Shown here: piece after piece, positions 47,830 to 59,570 of the stretch
How positions within the stretch are numbered: the first letter of the stretch is position 1
Layout: every line of letters starts with the position of its first letter
Assembly (NCBI GenBank): GCA_025558095.1
Contig: JAIVFI010000015.1
Span: 682,001-746,000 of the forward strand
Reading direction: 5' to 3'
From: Hyaloraphidium curvatum SAG 235-1
Lineage: Eukaryota > Fungi > Monoblepharomycota
DNA: 64,000 nt
The notes under the pieces: model-generated
Told to the model about the DNA's origin: nothing
Seen by the model: only the letters and a program-made list of their open reading frames with translations
Database searches by the model: none
Position numbers and translations under genes: made by a program

Positions 47830-50120
47830 ATGGCCGACGCGTCCAAGCCCGCGGCGGTGCGCAAGACCAAGATCGTGTCGACGCTCGGCCCCGCGTCGTT
47901 TGGCAAGATCAAGGAGCTCATGGAGGCCGGTGGGCGTCGCCTTCTCGCCGGACGGAGTCGCCGAATGTGTCGCCGGAGGGAGGACGGCGGGCAGCCGGCG
48001 GGCGCCGTGCCCCGATTCCGCCTGTTCTGACTCCGGACCTCCGCCCGCCGCGAATCTCCGCCCGCGGCCCCTCCCACGCGTCCGACCCGCTCATTTTAAC
48101 GCCCTTTATTCCCATGAAGGCGTCAACGTGTTCCGCCTGGTGCGTTCACCCTCTGCCTCCCGCCCTTATTGGTCCTAGCTCACTCCTCCCGCAGAACTTC
48201 TCGCACTCCAAGGAGCCCGAGAAGGACCTCGCGCCCGCCATCCTCGACGTGCGCAAGTACTCCCGCGAGCTGGGCCTGCCCGTCGCGCTCCTTGGTGGGC
48301 TGCCCTCCCCCTTCCCTTCGCGCCGCGCTCACCCTGCCCGCCCTTGAAGGCGACATGTGCGGCCCCAAGGTCCGCTGCAACGGCTTCAAGACCCCCTCCA
48401 ACTCTATCGACCTCAAGCGCGGCCAGAAGATCAAGCTGAAGTATTCGGAGGAGGACGGCGATGACACGGTGATCACCACGTCCATCGAGCCCGTGGCGCG
48501 GCAGCTCGAGGTCGGGCACAGGGTGCTGCTGGACGACGGGCAGGTCAGCCTCAAGGTGCTCTCGCGGGAGGGCACGCACGAGATCACGTGCGAGGTGCTG
48601 AACGACTGGACGCTCAAGAGCCGGTGCGTCGCCCGCGGCCAACCTCCCCGCTCGTGGCTGACGCTCCAGGATTGCGCGGTCCAGCAAGGGCATCAACGTC
48701 CCCGACGTCATGCTCGACATCCCCGCCGTGACGGACAAGGACAAGTCCGACGTCGGGTTCGCGTGGAAGTACCGCCTGGAGTACGTCGCCGAGTCCTTCG
48801 TGCAGAGCGGCAAGGACGTGCAGATGATGATCGATGTGGGTGGACGGCGCCGTGGGCAACGGACGCGGGCGCTCACGGGCCTTCTCCCCGGGCGTGCGGA
48901 ACGGCAGACGATCGAGCACTGGCGCCAGCAGGAGCTCGCCGCCCCCGCGGCCGAGCGCCAGTGGAACGCGCTGGACGAGACCGACGATGGCTTCGTCAAG
49001 GTGGACACCAAGACGTGGCGGCCCAACATCATCTGCAAGATCGAGAAGCCGCAGGCGCTCGACAACATCGACGACATCATCAAGCTCGCCGACGGCATCA
49101 TGGTTGCCCGGTTCGTGGACGCCGGTGTGCCGTTTGGCGGGGGTGCTGACGACTTGGGCCCCCGCCCGTGAAGCGGAGACCTCGGCGTCGAGTGCTCCCT
49201 CGAGGCCGTGCCCGTGGCGCAAAAGACGCTCATCCGCAAGACCAACCTCGCGGAAAAGCCGGTGATCACGGCCACGCAGATGCTCGAGAGCATGATCCAC
49301 GCTCCCGGTACCCCGCCTTCCTTCCGCCCCGCCGGAACGGGCCGCTGACGCGCCCGCCCGCAGTCCCCACCCGCGCCGAGGTCTCGGACGTCGCCAACGC
49401 CATCTTCGACGGCACCGACGCCGTCATGACCTCGGGGGAAACCGCCGCCGGCGAGTACCCCGTCGAGACGGCGCGCCAGATGGCCTCGATCTGCCTCGCC
49501 GCCGACGCCGAGACGGGGCTGCAGCTCCCCGCGCTTCACGTGCTGGGCAAGCGCGACGAGCAGGAGAATGCCCGCCCGGAGGGGAGGACGGGGGGGCCCG
49601 TGCCGCCGGGTTGGGGGCACTCGATGGCGGACGCGGCGGTGGCGGCCGCGGAGGAGGCGGGGGCGGATGCGATCGTGGTCATCACGGGGACGGGGCACAT
49701 GGTGGGCTGCTCCCTCCCTGGGGGTTGGTGCGCCGGGGGGATGGGGACTGACGCTATCCGCGCAGGCCAAGCTCATCTCCAAACTCAGGCCGCCGGTCAA
49801 GATCATCGCCGTCACCGGCAACCGCTCCACCTACCGGTGCGCACTTCCCGTCTCCCGCCTCCCGCAACGGGCCCGCTAACGCCCGCCGCAGCCGGATGAA
49901 CCTCTACCGCGGCGTCACCCCCTTCTTCTCGGAGCACCTCCGCACCGCCGCGGCCGCGGAGCACAAATCCGCCCCGCTGGCGCAGCTCTCGATCCAGCTC
50001 AGCGGCACCCACCTCGGCAAGGACGACACGGTGATCGTCGTGTGCGGGTACTTCCCCGAGGTGCCCGTGCTGTCCAACTCGGTGAGGATCGGCAAGGCGG
50101 GGATGCTCTCGGGGGCGTGA
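47830..50120 (+). CDS. PYK: Pyruvate kinase (Lys117 / cluster II type), multi-exon
   Basis: [18 protein letters not shown]|[31 protein letters not shown]|[42 protein letters not shown]. Confidence 0.95.
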
Positions 50121-50688
50121 TCGAGCGCAGAGGTGCTGTTTCGGATCGGTGAGGGGGGAAGAAAAATGGGTGCGGTACGGTGGTGAAAGGTGGCCGTCCG
50201 ATCGTGCGATCGGTCCGCGATCCGTGCCGTCCGGCCAGGATGTGAGACGATTCCGTATAGAAGGCGGAAGGGAAGTGAGACGCAGCCTAAATCCGCCCAA
50301 CCCGCCCGGCGCGCTGCCCGTGGCGCCGCGGTTTTCGCACACTCTGACTGTGGGAATTCTTGCCGGAGAAGGATGCGCACGAAGTGGGGCCGCGGGATGC
50401 GCCCACATGGGGAAAAGCACGGGGTGGAAGCCCGCGTCTCACGGTGGCGCGGCGCCCGGCCGCCAGGCGCGGCCGCACCCCCTTTCCCCCCTTCCCAGCA
50501 AGCTTCCCGGGCATCCACTCCTTCGGCCGATCGGAGAATTGAGTTGAATCGCCAGCCTGCGCTTCGGGGCATGCGATCCGCAGGGTCCGCCGGGGTGGCC
50601 GCTTCGGATGGCCGTGCGGCACGATCGGCCGGAGCGCGGCACCGATCAAGGCGGCGCCGCCTGTCAATTTGAAAACTCGCCGCTCGGC

Positions 50689-51583
50689 ATGGAAGTGCCC
50701 TGCGGAGGCGTAAGAATGGCGGGACGGGACGGGCGGAACCCCATCTGCGGCGCGGAGGCGTGCTCTCCAAGGCGGAAGCGCGTGTCGGACGGTGTCGGCT
50801 CCGGCGCCAACCAACACCCGAAGCGCCACCGGACGGAGGAATCGGCCTACCCGACACCACCTCAGGCCGCGCCGAGGGTTTTCTTGCTGCCCGCCGCCGG
50901 GGGCGCGTGGGCGGAGCTCGTCAAGTGCGCGCTGGCTCTGAAAGAATGGTGCGCGTTGCCACCGGGCAGGATGGCCCGACGGAACTGATTCGTCGTTTGG
51001 CAGGGAACACAGGGGTCACTTTGCACCCGGACGATGCGCGGCGGACGAGCCACGGCGGGACCCGCTGGACGGGCACCCCTTTGCCGCGCTCTTCCTCCTC
51101 CTCCGGCTCTCCAAATCCCTGCCCCTCCCCCTTTCCGCCCTCCCCGCGGCCGCCTCGTACCTCTCTCGTCTTCCCCCCCTCTCCCTCCCACCCGGACTGG
51201 TACTGACAGCCTGCCTCTCGCTGGCGAGCAAGTGGCTCATTGACGGCCGGGGGCCGACCTGCGCCGAGTGGGGCGCGGCGGGGGAGTGGACGGGCAAGGA
51301 AGTGAGGTGGGGGGAGAAAGTGGTGTGGGAGGGGTTGGGGCACGATTGCGGGTGGTGGCAGCGCGGCGAAGGGGGATCGGTCGCTCGTGACGGGAACGGC
51401 CAGGGCGACGAGGAAGAGGAAGGGGACTTCGGCGGCCGGACTACCTTCCCGGGAGCGAGGTACGCTGTGGTGCCCCTCCTCCCTGGATGGGACCCGGCAT
51501 CGGTGCCGTGGGGCCGCAGCCTGGCTGCGGACTTCCTCCCCGGGTGGCCGCACGGCCAGTCAGCATCGACGGAACACATGTAA
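50689..51583 (+). CDS. Pho80/Pcl-like cyclin-fold protein, divergent copy 3 (only partly in the ORF track)
   Basis: Exon 1 50689-50924, intron 50925-51003 (GTGCGC...ACTGAT...GGCAG). Exon 2 reads AAASYLSRL...LVLTACLSLASKWLIDGRGPTCAEWGAAGEWTGKEVRWGEKVVWEGLGHD, which aligns with the cyclin box of copies 1 and 2. Confidence 0.68.
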
Positions 51584-52124
51584 GCACCGCCCGGGGCGGG
51601 TCCCCCTTGCGGAAAAATAGCTATCTTTACCGTCCGACGAGCGAGGGTGCGTGCGAGGTTTGGCTTCGAAGGGCCGATCCGTCGGACCGGGGGAAGGTGG
51701 ACGGATCCGACCGGGGGCCCGCCCGCATCTCGCCCGAACCGTGCCCCCCTGCGCCCCGAAGGATTTCCGGAAAACGCGAGACTCTACCGCCCGCCCCCCC
51801 TCCTGCCGTGCGATCCCCACCGCACGGGGATGGGGCAGCTGTGGGGACCCTCGGCGGACGCTCGTCGGGTCGGAGCTGTGCCGGTGGCAAATGAGTCCCA
51901 CCTTTCCTTCCGATCGTGGTCGCGGCGCGGGGGGAATGGGGGGCGGAAACCATCCGGGGTGGCGGGGGGACGGTAGCGGGGGCGGCAACCGCCGGCAGGG
52001 GACGGGGACGCGGGGGGACGGCGCTGACATCAACGAGGGTCGGCGGCTGGGGACGGATGTCGAAAAACAAGGGCCGGGGGCGCGTCACGGACGGTTAAAC
52101 CCAAACATAGACCGGAAAACGAAC

Positions 52125-53738
52125 ATGCCGGGCAGCCGGGGACCGATGCTGCTCGACGACACGCCGATGGGCCACGCCGGGCCGCCTCCGGCGCCGGCGG
52201 CCCCGGCGTCGCTGCCGCCGCACCACGGGTGCCAACCGGGAACCCCCGACCCCTTTGCGCCGCCGAGGTGGACGTCCCTCCGCGATGAGGACCCGAGGGC
52301 GCCGCCGGCACCTCCCGCAAGGAGGCACTCCGCCGCTCCCAACAGTTTCGCGTGGGAGCCATGGAGGGGACGGCGGGGGAGCGAGGGGCAGCTCAAACTG
52401 CTGGCGATGCTGGAGGCCAGCAAGGCCGCCGAGGCCGCCGCCGCCGGCTCTCTACCACGCACCGCACCCTCCGCCCCGCCGCTTGAGGACCGCAGCCTGC
52501 CCTTCCCCCCCTCCGCCGGCTCCTTCCCATTGGGCACATCCGGGCCCCTCCTCGCCCCCCCTCTTTTCCTCGCCGGCACCCCCTCCCATGACCAGTTCCC
52601 GGCTTCGGTGCCGCCCCTCCCGCCGGTACTCGCCCCCGTGCCCGACCCCGAATCCGCCGAGCTCTACAGGGCGGGCCGCAAGCGCCGGCGGTGCTTCCGC
52701 GACCTGCGCCTGCTCGGCGCCGGCTCCGAGGGCCGGGTGAAGGAAGTGATCGACACCTCCACCGGGACGCACTACGCCCTCAAGACCATCATGAAACCCC
52801 CCGCGGACCGCCCCGAGGAACGGAAGCAGTTCGAGCAATCCATGCGTGCCCGCTCCTCGGCGATGCGCGCCCTCTCCCACCCGCACGTGGTGGAGCACGC
52901 CGACGGCTTCGAATCCGCGAGCAAGTCCTACATTTTGACGGAGCTCGCCGCCGGGGGCGACCTCCGCGCCTACGCGGATCGCCGGGGCGGCACGCTGGCC
53001 GAGGACGAGGCGCTGCAGGTCGCCACCATCCTGCTGTCCACGCTGTCGTTTTTGCACTCCAAGGGGGTGGTGCACAGGGACATTAAGCCGACCAACGTTT
53101 TGCTCCGCCGGACGGACGACCTGGCTTCCTTGGTGCTCGCGGATTTCGGATCCGCGTGGGTGCGGAAGCCTGCGGGGCAGCAGCCCGAGCTCCCCTCCAC
53201 GGGGCCGCCCTCCGATCCTGCACCGCAACCCGCCCAGCCATCCGCAGCCCCGACACCGTCGCAGGACGGGGTGATGAAGACCCTCGCGGGCACCCCCTTC
53301 GTACGTCCGCCCACTCTCCCACCCCTCCTTTCTAACCCCCATCCCTCTCTATATACTCCGCAGTATCTCCCCCCCGAGCTCGTCACCGGCCTCCCATACA
53401 CCCCCAAGGTCGACCTCTGGGCGCTGGGCTGCATGCTGTACGATCTCCTGTTCGGGAGGGCGCCGTTCGCCGACGCCGGCACGTTTCCGGAGCTCTTTTC
53501 GCGGATCTGCAAGGCCGACTTTACTTTTCCCCCGGGAAGCGGGGTGTCGGAGCAGGCCAAGGCGTTCATCAGGAGGCTGCTGGACCCGGACCAGGCGACG
53601 AGGCCGGGGGCGGACGAGGCGCTGCGGGTTCCGTGGATTTTGGGCGCCGGGGCGGGGGCGGCAGGGTATCATGGGAGGGAGGAGAGCGAGGGGGGGTGGA
53701 AGTGGACCGGGACTGTGGGAGCACGGGGCACGGGGTAG
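52125..53738 (+). CDS. Ser/Thr kinase (CAMK-like), paralog 4, canonical DFG
   Basis: LGAGSEGRVK, YALK, HRDIKPTN, ADFGS, GTPF|YLPPE, DLWALG. Confidence 0.92.
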   Translation: MPGSRGPMLLDDTPMGHAGPPPAPAAPASLPPHHGCQPGTPDPFAPPRWTSLRDEDPRAPPAPPARRHSAAPNSFAWEPWRGRRGSEGQLKLLAMLEASKAAEAAAAGSLPRTAPSAPPLEDRSLPFPPSAGSFPLGTSGPLLAPPLFLAGTPSHDQFPASVPPLPPVLAPVPDPESAELYRAGRKRRRCFRDLRLLGAGSEGRVKEVIDTSTGTHYALKTIMKPPADRPEERKQFEQSMRARSSAMRALSHPHVVEHADGFESASKSYILTELAAGGDLRAYADRRGGTLAEDEALQVATILLSTLSFLHSKGVVHRDIKPTNVLLRRTDDLASLVLADFGSAWVRKPAGQQPELPSTGPPSDPAPQPAQPSAAPTPSQDGVMKTLAGTPFVRPPTLPPLLSNPHPSLYTPQYLPPELVTGLPYTPKVDLWALGCMLYDLLFGRAPFADAGTFPELFSRICKADFTFPPGSGVSEQAKAFIRRLLDPDQATRPGADEALRVPWILGAGAGAAGYHGREESEGGWKWTGTVGARGTG

Positions 53739-53951
53739 CGCGGATGCGATGTGCGGCGGATGGGAGCTTGCGCACGGGGAAGAGAGGCTGCAGACCCCTC
53801 CACTACTCACTATCGGTGCTACGGGCCAACGCTCCCACATGTCCGCCTTCGCGGCAGCCCTCGATCCCCCCCGGAAGGCGGCTGGGGGCGCCATGGATGG
53901 CGATGCCGATCGGAGGGCCCGTAAACAACCGACAACAACCACCTCGCCGGA

Positions 53952-54697
53952 ATGAGCAGCTCGGCGCTCTGGAACGCGTTCTGGCTCGCCGCCGCCGCGG
54001 CAGGAAGTCAAGCACTCGCTGCGCTGCCGCCGGTGGCCTCGCTGACCGGCCCGCCCGGTGCGTGCCCCTGGGCCCCCCCCCCCGCCGGGTCCCTGAAAGG
54101 AGAGGCAGCCTCGACGAAGCCCTTCAGGACATTCGCGGATTTTTTTCCGTTTTATCTGACTGAGCACGCCGAGCCGCGGAACAGGCTGCTGCACTTTGTC
54201 GGCACCAGCATCGTCGCCTGGGTTCTGTGCCGCAACCCCGAGACCGCCGCGGCGATGGTCGGCGCGGGCGCACTCGGCGTGGCCCTCACCGGCGTGCTCC
54301 AGGGCTGGTCCAACGGCGCGGCCGAGGGGCTGGCGGTGCTGGCCGCGTTCGCGGGGCTCAACAGGGCGCTGGGGAAGAAGTGGACCGTGGCGGGTCTTTC
54401 CGGACCTCTGCCGCCCTCCGTAATCCGGCTGACCGCGCCTGCCGTTCGGCAGACGGCGACGCCGGTATTTGTCGGCTACTTCTTCGCCTGGGTCGGCCAC
54501 TTTGGCTTCGAGAAGAACCGCCCGGCGACCTTCATCTACGTGGGTCCCCCGTCGCCCGCCTGTCGCGCCGTTGATTTGCCGACCACCGTGGTTCGGACCG
54601 CCAGCCGACGTTCAGCCTCATGGGGGATTTCAAGATGTGGTTCGGGATCCTGACGGGCTCGATCAGGGGTATCGGTGCGGTGGACGAGATATTCTGA
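53952..54697 (+). CDS. DUF962/Mpo1-like membrane protein
   Basis: FADFFPFYLTEH...NRLLHFVGT...GYFFAWVGHFGFEKNRPATFIY|PTFSLMGDFKMW. Confidence 0.88.
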
Positions 54698-55006
54698 GGG
54701 GGTGCGGAGGCGGCGGCCGGAAGGGGTGGGGGTAGCACCCGGGGACGGTCCCGGGCCCGTTCCAGAAGCGACGACATCGATATTGGCACGTTGGTTTCCC
54801 GCCATGGCGGATCTTGTTCCTGCCTGGCTGTTCGTCGCCAGGTCCCCTCCGGTCCCCGCGTGCCGACGCCGGGTTCCGGCGGGGACGGACGGCTCCGGTG
54901 GCGGTCCCGGGATTTTCCCTTCCTCCGCCGCGGACGGCGCCGCAAGGGTTTCCGTTCCGGGAATCTGTTCCAAAGGGGGGCTATGTGAAAGGGACATGCG
55001 CCCCTT

Positions 55007-55460
55007 TCACGCTCCGGGCCGCTTGCCATCACGCAACGCCTGAAAAAGGATGTCATTGCCCATGGCCCGCGCTATTTGAATCCGTGCACGAAGGCGAGCC
55101 GTGTGCGGTGCCATCAAACCCCCAACGTCCCATTCCTTACCGTCTGATCCTTCCAGCGGGGGATGCGCGTGTCGGGCGATCCGTGGGATGAAGGCTGCTG
55201 CCGCGGGTCCGAGCCGACCGTGGGTCTCTTGGCCGAGAGGAAGATACTCCACCGGAGCCGGGTCCGGCATCGCAAAGCGACCGTTGAAATATTCCACCTT
55301 CCTAGCCTCGGCGTTCGCAACCGTCACCCCAAGCTCGCGCGCCGCATCCAGAGACTGCGAAATAGACGGGAGGCACACCCTGTGGTCAATTATGATCGGT
55401 CGCCGGTCCGGCTCGGTGATTACGATGTCCGACTTGTCCTGCGAGATGTCGCGGTACCCG
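55007..55460 (-). mobile_element. 3' relic (RLE domain only) of a CRE-like non-LTR retrotransposon
   Basis: KSDIVITEPDRRPIIIDHRV...AEARKVEYF...YLPLGQETHGRLG...GSDGKEWDVGGL...RLRARIQIARAMG aligns co-linearly with the C-terminus of the element at 59571-62079. Confidence 0.72.
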
Positions 55461-56381
55461 TCCGAGTTGGGAGAGGTTGATGAGGGACGAGTCCATAGCG
55501 AACATATTCAACGGCCGAGCCGGTAGTGACGTAGGCGGGAGAGACCAGCACGAAGTTCGGCAGCCAATGCCCATTCGATGATGAAGTCCATCGGGCGGGA
55601 GCGCAGCCAAACGGCAGCCATGCGAGTGCCGGCCATGGCATCGACGAGAGAAGCATGCACCTTCCACGCGCCGGAAATGCCGTGCGAGTTCGTGAGAATG
55701 GAAAGGCCATCCGAAGGAAGCTTCTCGCGCGATCGGAGGAGAGGATTGTCACATGTGTTTCGGAGGCGTCGGTGCCATTGCGCTCGCGGGAGAGGCCTTG
55801 CAACGGCAGCCGGTTCGTCGTCCTCGCCGGCGAGCAGCCGGCAACCCCACCCGTCGATTGGCACCGAGACACAGGAGGCCCCAGGGCAATCGCAATTGCT
55901 TTTCGGCCGTCCGTGCTCGGAACGGAAAGGGGCGACGATGATGGCCGCTGCGGCTTTTGGCTGGACCGAAAGTAATCGCACCGCCGCGGCATATTGCGGA
56001 CTTCCGGGCGACAGGATCGCACTGCCACACCGCCGATTGGAAGGATCAATTTCGCTTTCGATCCCAGGTGTTTCACACGCCAGCACGAGCATGGTCTGCG
56101 GAGACGCGAACGGAGATCGGTTGGGCGGTCCGCGCCAGCCGCCATTACCGACATCCGCCCGGCAGCGAACAAACATCTTCTGCGGCCCATCTGCCGTCCG
56201 CGGGCCCGCCACCGCTCCCCACCTGATTACGTAGGCGAAGAACAGCGGCCCTTGGGGCCGGAGAGTTACCGGGGCGCCTGGGCGGGTTTCGGCACGGCCG
56301 GTCCCTTCAGGCCGAATAACCAAATGACCCGACGATTTCCGATCGAGCTCGCCGGCCAAAGACGCACCCGCCGGACTCCCG

Positions 56382-57355
56382 ATGCGCGCTCTCTTCGCCG
56401 CCGTTTCCCTGTTCCTCGCCGTCGCCGCGGCCGCCTCGCTCTCGGCCGCCGCGCCGGCCGCGCCGGCACCGGCGGCCGGCCATGGCGCCCAGGACGGCCA
56501 CTCGATCCGCTACCGCCGAAGCTGCGCCGAGTGCGCCGAGGCCGAGTTTTGCGAGTACGGCACCGTGCCCGACGGGCAGGTCGCCTGCGTGTCGTACACC
56601 GGGCTGGCGGCGCTCTACCGCCGCTACGCCGTGAGTGCCCCGCCACGGCAACCGCCACCGGCGCCCTGCTGACCGGCGATCTCGCCGCACAGACGCCCGC
56701 CGACAACACCGACCCGTGCGACGCCTCGCCGTGCCTGAACGGCGGGACCTGCACCAAGGTCTCCGCCGCGGCCTACATCTGCGACTGCCCAGCGCCGTGG
56801 GAAGGAGACAGTGGGGTTCCCATTGGGCCGTCCATGTCTGGCGCTAGCTCTAATGGTCCGGAGCAGACTGCGAAGTCAGGATCGACTACTGCGCGCAGAA
56901 TATCTGCGGCGTCCACGCCGCCTGGTCAGTCAACAACTGCACATCCTCGAACGTGTCCCCGTTCTTCTCCTGGTGACCGGTATCGTGAGGTCCCTCGACG
57001 CGGACACGGCGCCTGACAGAGGAACCTGCCGGTTTACAGCAACTGTGCGCCCGCCTACGATGGCGCCAGGTGCGACAACCAGTACTTCTCGTGCCCGAGC
57101 ACGGGAAACTTCGGCGACATCAAGAGGTGCAGCAACTACTTCAGCTGCTCAGTAGACAGGAGCTCGGGCGCCCTCACATTCATCCACAAACTCTGCCAGA
57201 GGATCGGGCCCACCGTGCAGGTGGGCTGCCTTCCGCCCTCCCGCCCTCGGCGGCGCTGACCGCTGCCCCAATGCCGCCAGTTCCTCTGGGATACTACTGC
57301 TCCGGCCATGTGCAGGAGGCCTACGGATGCGGTACCGATACCGGGGTGCGCCTAG
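56382..57355 (+). CDS. Secreted EGF-like x2 plus chitin-binding type-2 (CBM14) protein
   Basis: Signal peptide, RYRR site, DPCDASPCLNGGTCT...YICDCPAPWEGD|NCE, second EGF-like unit, FSCPSTGNFGDIKRCSNYFSC...HKLC...|FLWDTTAPAMC...GCA*. Confidence 0.75.
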
Positions 57356-57573
57356 GGGACGGGTCTGATCGCATTCTGTCTCGTCCAGTTGTGTCGTTGT
57401 CGAACATTCACATAGACATGAGCCTCTAATTTTCGCCGACCAACTTGGAACCTCTGACTGTCGCCGCCCGTCTCCCTCCCTGATTCGCGAATGCGCGGCG
57501 GCGCCGCGGTCTTTCTAATTTGCGAGACGAGATGCTGCGTTGCTCCTGTTCCTGCCCCGCCCCCACCCACAGC

Positions 57574-59278
57574 TCAGATCTTGGCCGGCAGCCCCTCGGC
57601 CTTGGCCACCCAGTCCCAGATCCCCGCCTCCTTGAGCACCTCCTCCATCGTCCTCCGCAGCACCTTCCTGCCGAACAGGATCTGGTCCATCTCCCCCGTC
57701 GCCCACGACTTGACCAGCTGGCTCGAGATGGCGTACCCCGGGCCCGTGAGGAAGGGCGCCTTCTCAAGCACGTTGGGCGGGACGGGGGAGCCCCAGTCCT
57801 GCGTCGAGCTCAGGAAGAGCGACAGCAGCACCTCGGACCGGGTGAACCACCGCCCGTCCTGGAGCTCCGCTTCTTCGGGCTCGAACCTCTCCGATCCCTC
57901 CTTGGCCAGCCCCACGCAGCCGATCATGAGCGAGCCGGGGAAGCACCACGGCTGCGCCGAGTGGAACACGACCTTGTCCAGCTCGAGCCCGGTCTCCTCC
58001 TTGATCTCGCGCCGCACGGCGTCGAAGATGCCCTCCCCGGGCTCCATGAAGCCGGCCATGGAGGAGTAGTACTTTTCGGGCCAGCCCTTGTTGCGGCCCA
58101 GGAAGAGCCGGTCGCCGTCCGGGTGGGCGACGCAGGCGATGGCGACGGGGTCGAAGCGCGGGAAGGAGTAGTTCTGGATGCCCGCGTGGGCGGGGCATTT
58201 CGGGCCCGAGGGGACCGGGGCACAGGAACGCTTCCAGCCGGCGTCGACCGAGAGGTTGGGGCGGCCGCAGCCGGCGCAGAACTTGGTGCGCGAGTGCCAG
58301 TCCATCAGGTGGGCGGCGGTGCCGAGGATCGAGGCCTGCGCAGAGGGGAGGTGGAAGGCAAAGGGGCGGAGGGGGACGATGGAGGCGCCCTTGGAGGTGA
58401 GCGAGGCGAGGAGGGACTGCGCGGGGGTGGAAGGGGTGTCCTTGCCGGCGGGGGGGCCGAGGTCGATGGCGAGGTAGCCGCGGCCGGCGAGGCGGTAGTC
58501 CGTCGAAGCGGGGTCGTGGTCGTCGACAACGTCCGACGGGTCGCTACTCGTCGGTGAAGGATGAGCACATACAAAGCACGGGCGAGAGAAAGACCCACCA
58601 TCCGAGAAAGATCCACTGCTTGCCGCTGTTGGCGAGGTGCGGGTCGCCAATGTCCATGAACTGCCCGACGTCGGCGTACGAGAGGAATTTGAGTTCGTCT
58701 TTGGCATCTCCCTCGGCCAGGAACTGGTACGGGGTCGAGAACACGACGTAGCGCGTCGAGGGCCGCGCCAGAACCGAGGATATGGTCGTGTGTGGGTACG
58801 GGCGGAGCTCCGACATTCTGACAGGGGCTGTCCGTGAGCGGCGGTATCCAAACCCGACGAAAAGGTCAAGTCACCTCTTGAGGGGGTTCCCGCCAAACAC
58901 GTTGACCTTCTCGGCCGAGCCGAACACGGCCGAGTCCTCGGTCGAGAAGCCGTTCGGCGTCTTGTCCCGCAGCAGCTCCCACGACTGCAGCGCCGACCAG
59001 AAGTACGCCAGGTCGGCGGGCGTGCGGCCGTCGGGGTCGCGGACCCAGGGGTCGGCGCCGGCGGCGAGCAGCTGCTGGATCACGCCGACGTGGTTGTTCC
59101 TTGCCGCGTAGTGCAGCGGCGTCCAGGCTCGGGACGCGTCCCGCGAATTGAGCTGGGCGGGATCGGCGCGCTCGACGGCGGCGCGGTCGCCGGTGCGGGC
59201 CGCGGCGTGCAGCGGGGTCATGGAGAAGGCGCGGGAGACAGTCCAGGAGGAGGCCGGCCGCAGCAGCCGGGCGAGCAT
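57574..59278 (-). CDS. NUDT12: Ankyrin-repeat NADH pyrophosphatase / deNADding enzyme (NUDT12-like)
   Basis: ANK repeats (TPLHAAA, TPLHYAA, TPADLA), Zn ribbon FCAGCG...C, Nudix box AGFMEPGE..REIKEETGL, AQPWCFP, C-terminal AKI. Confidence 0.88.
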
Positions 59279-59559
59279 CCAACGGCCGTCGGGCCGCCTA
59301 CACAATGCAAAAACGTGGGTGGACACGTCGATCGCACTCTAAACAGCGCGGAGACGGTCCCGTGCGGCGAACTCCGTGTGATCGGCTCGACGTTGAGCCG
59401 CGTGCCACCCAACCGCAGATGAGCGGCAGTCGGAGCCGCAAATCACTCGCTCCGCAAAAGCAGGGAAGGAACGTCGCAGAGGGCAAGCGGCCCGGTCCCG
59501 GCGGCCTTTATCGCGGTGGACGTCGTCGCGCTGTTTGTGGCCGGGTCTGAGAGGTTCCG

Positions 59560-59570
59560 CTCGAATACAC
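59560..59570 (+). repeat. Left target-site duplication CTCGAATACAC
   Basis: Identical 11-mer at 62080-62090. Confidence 0.8.
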
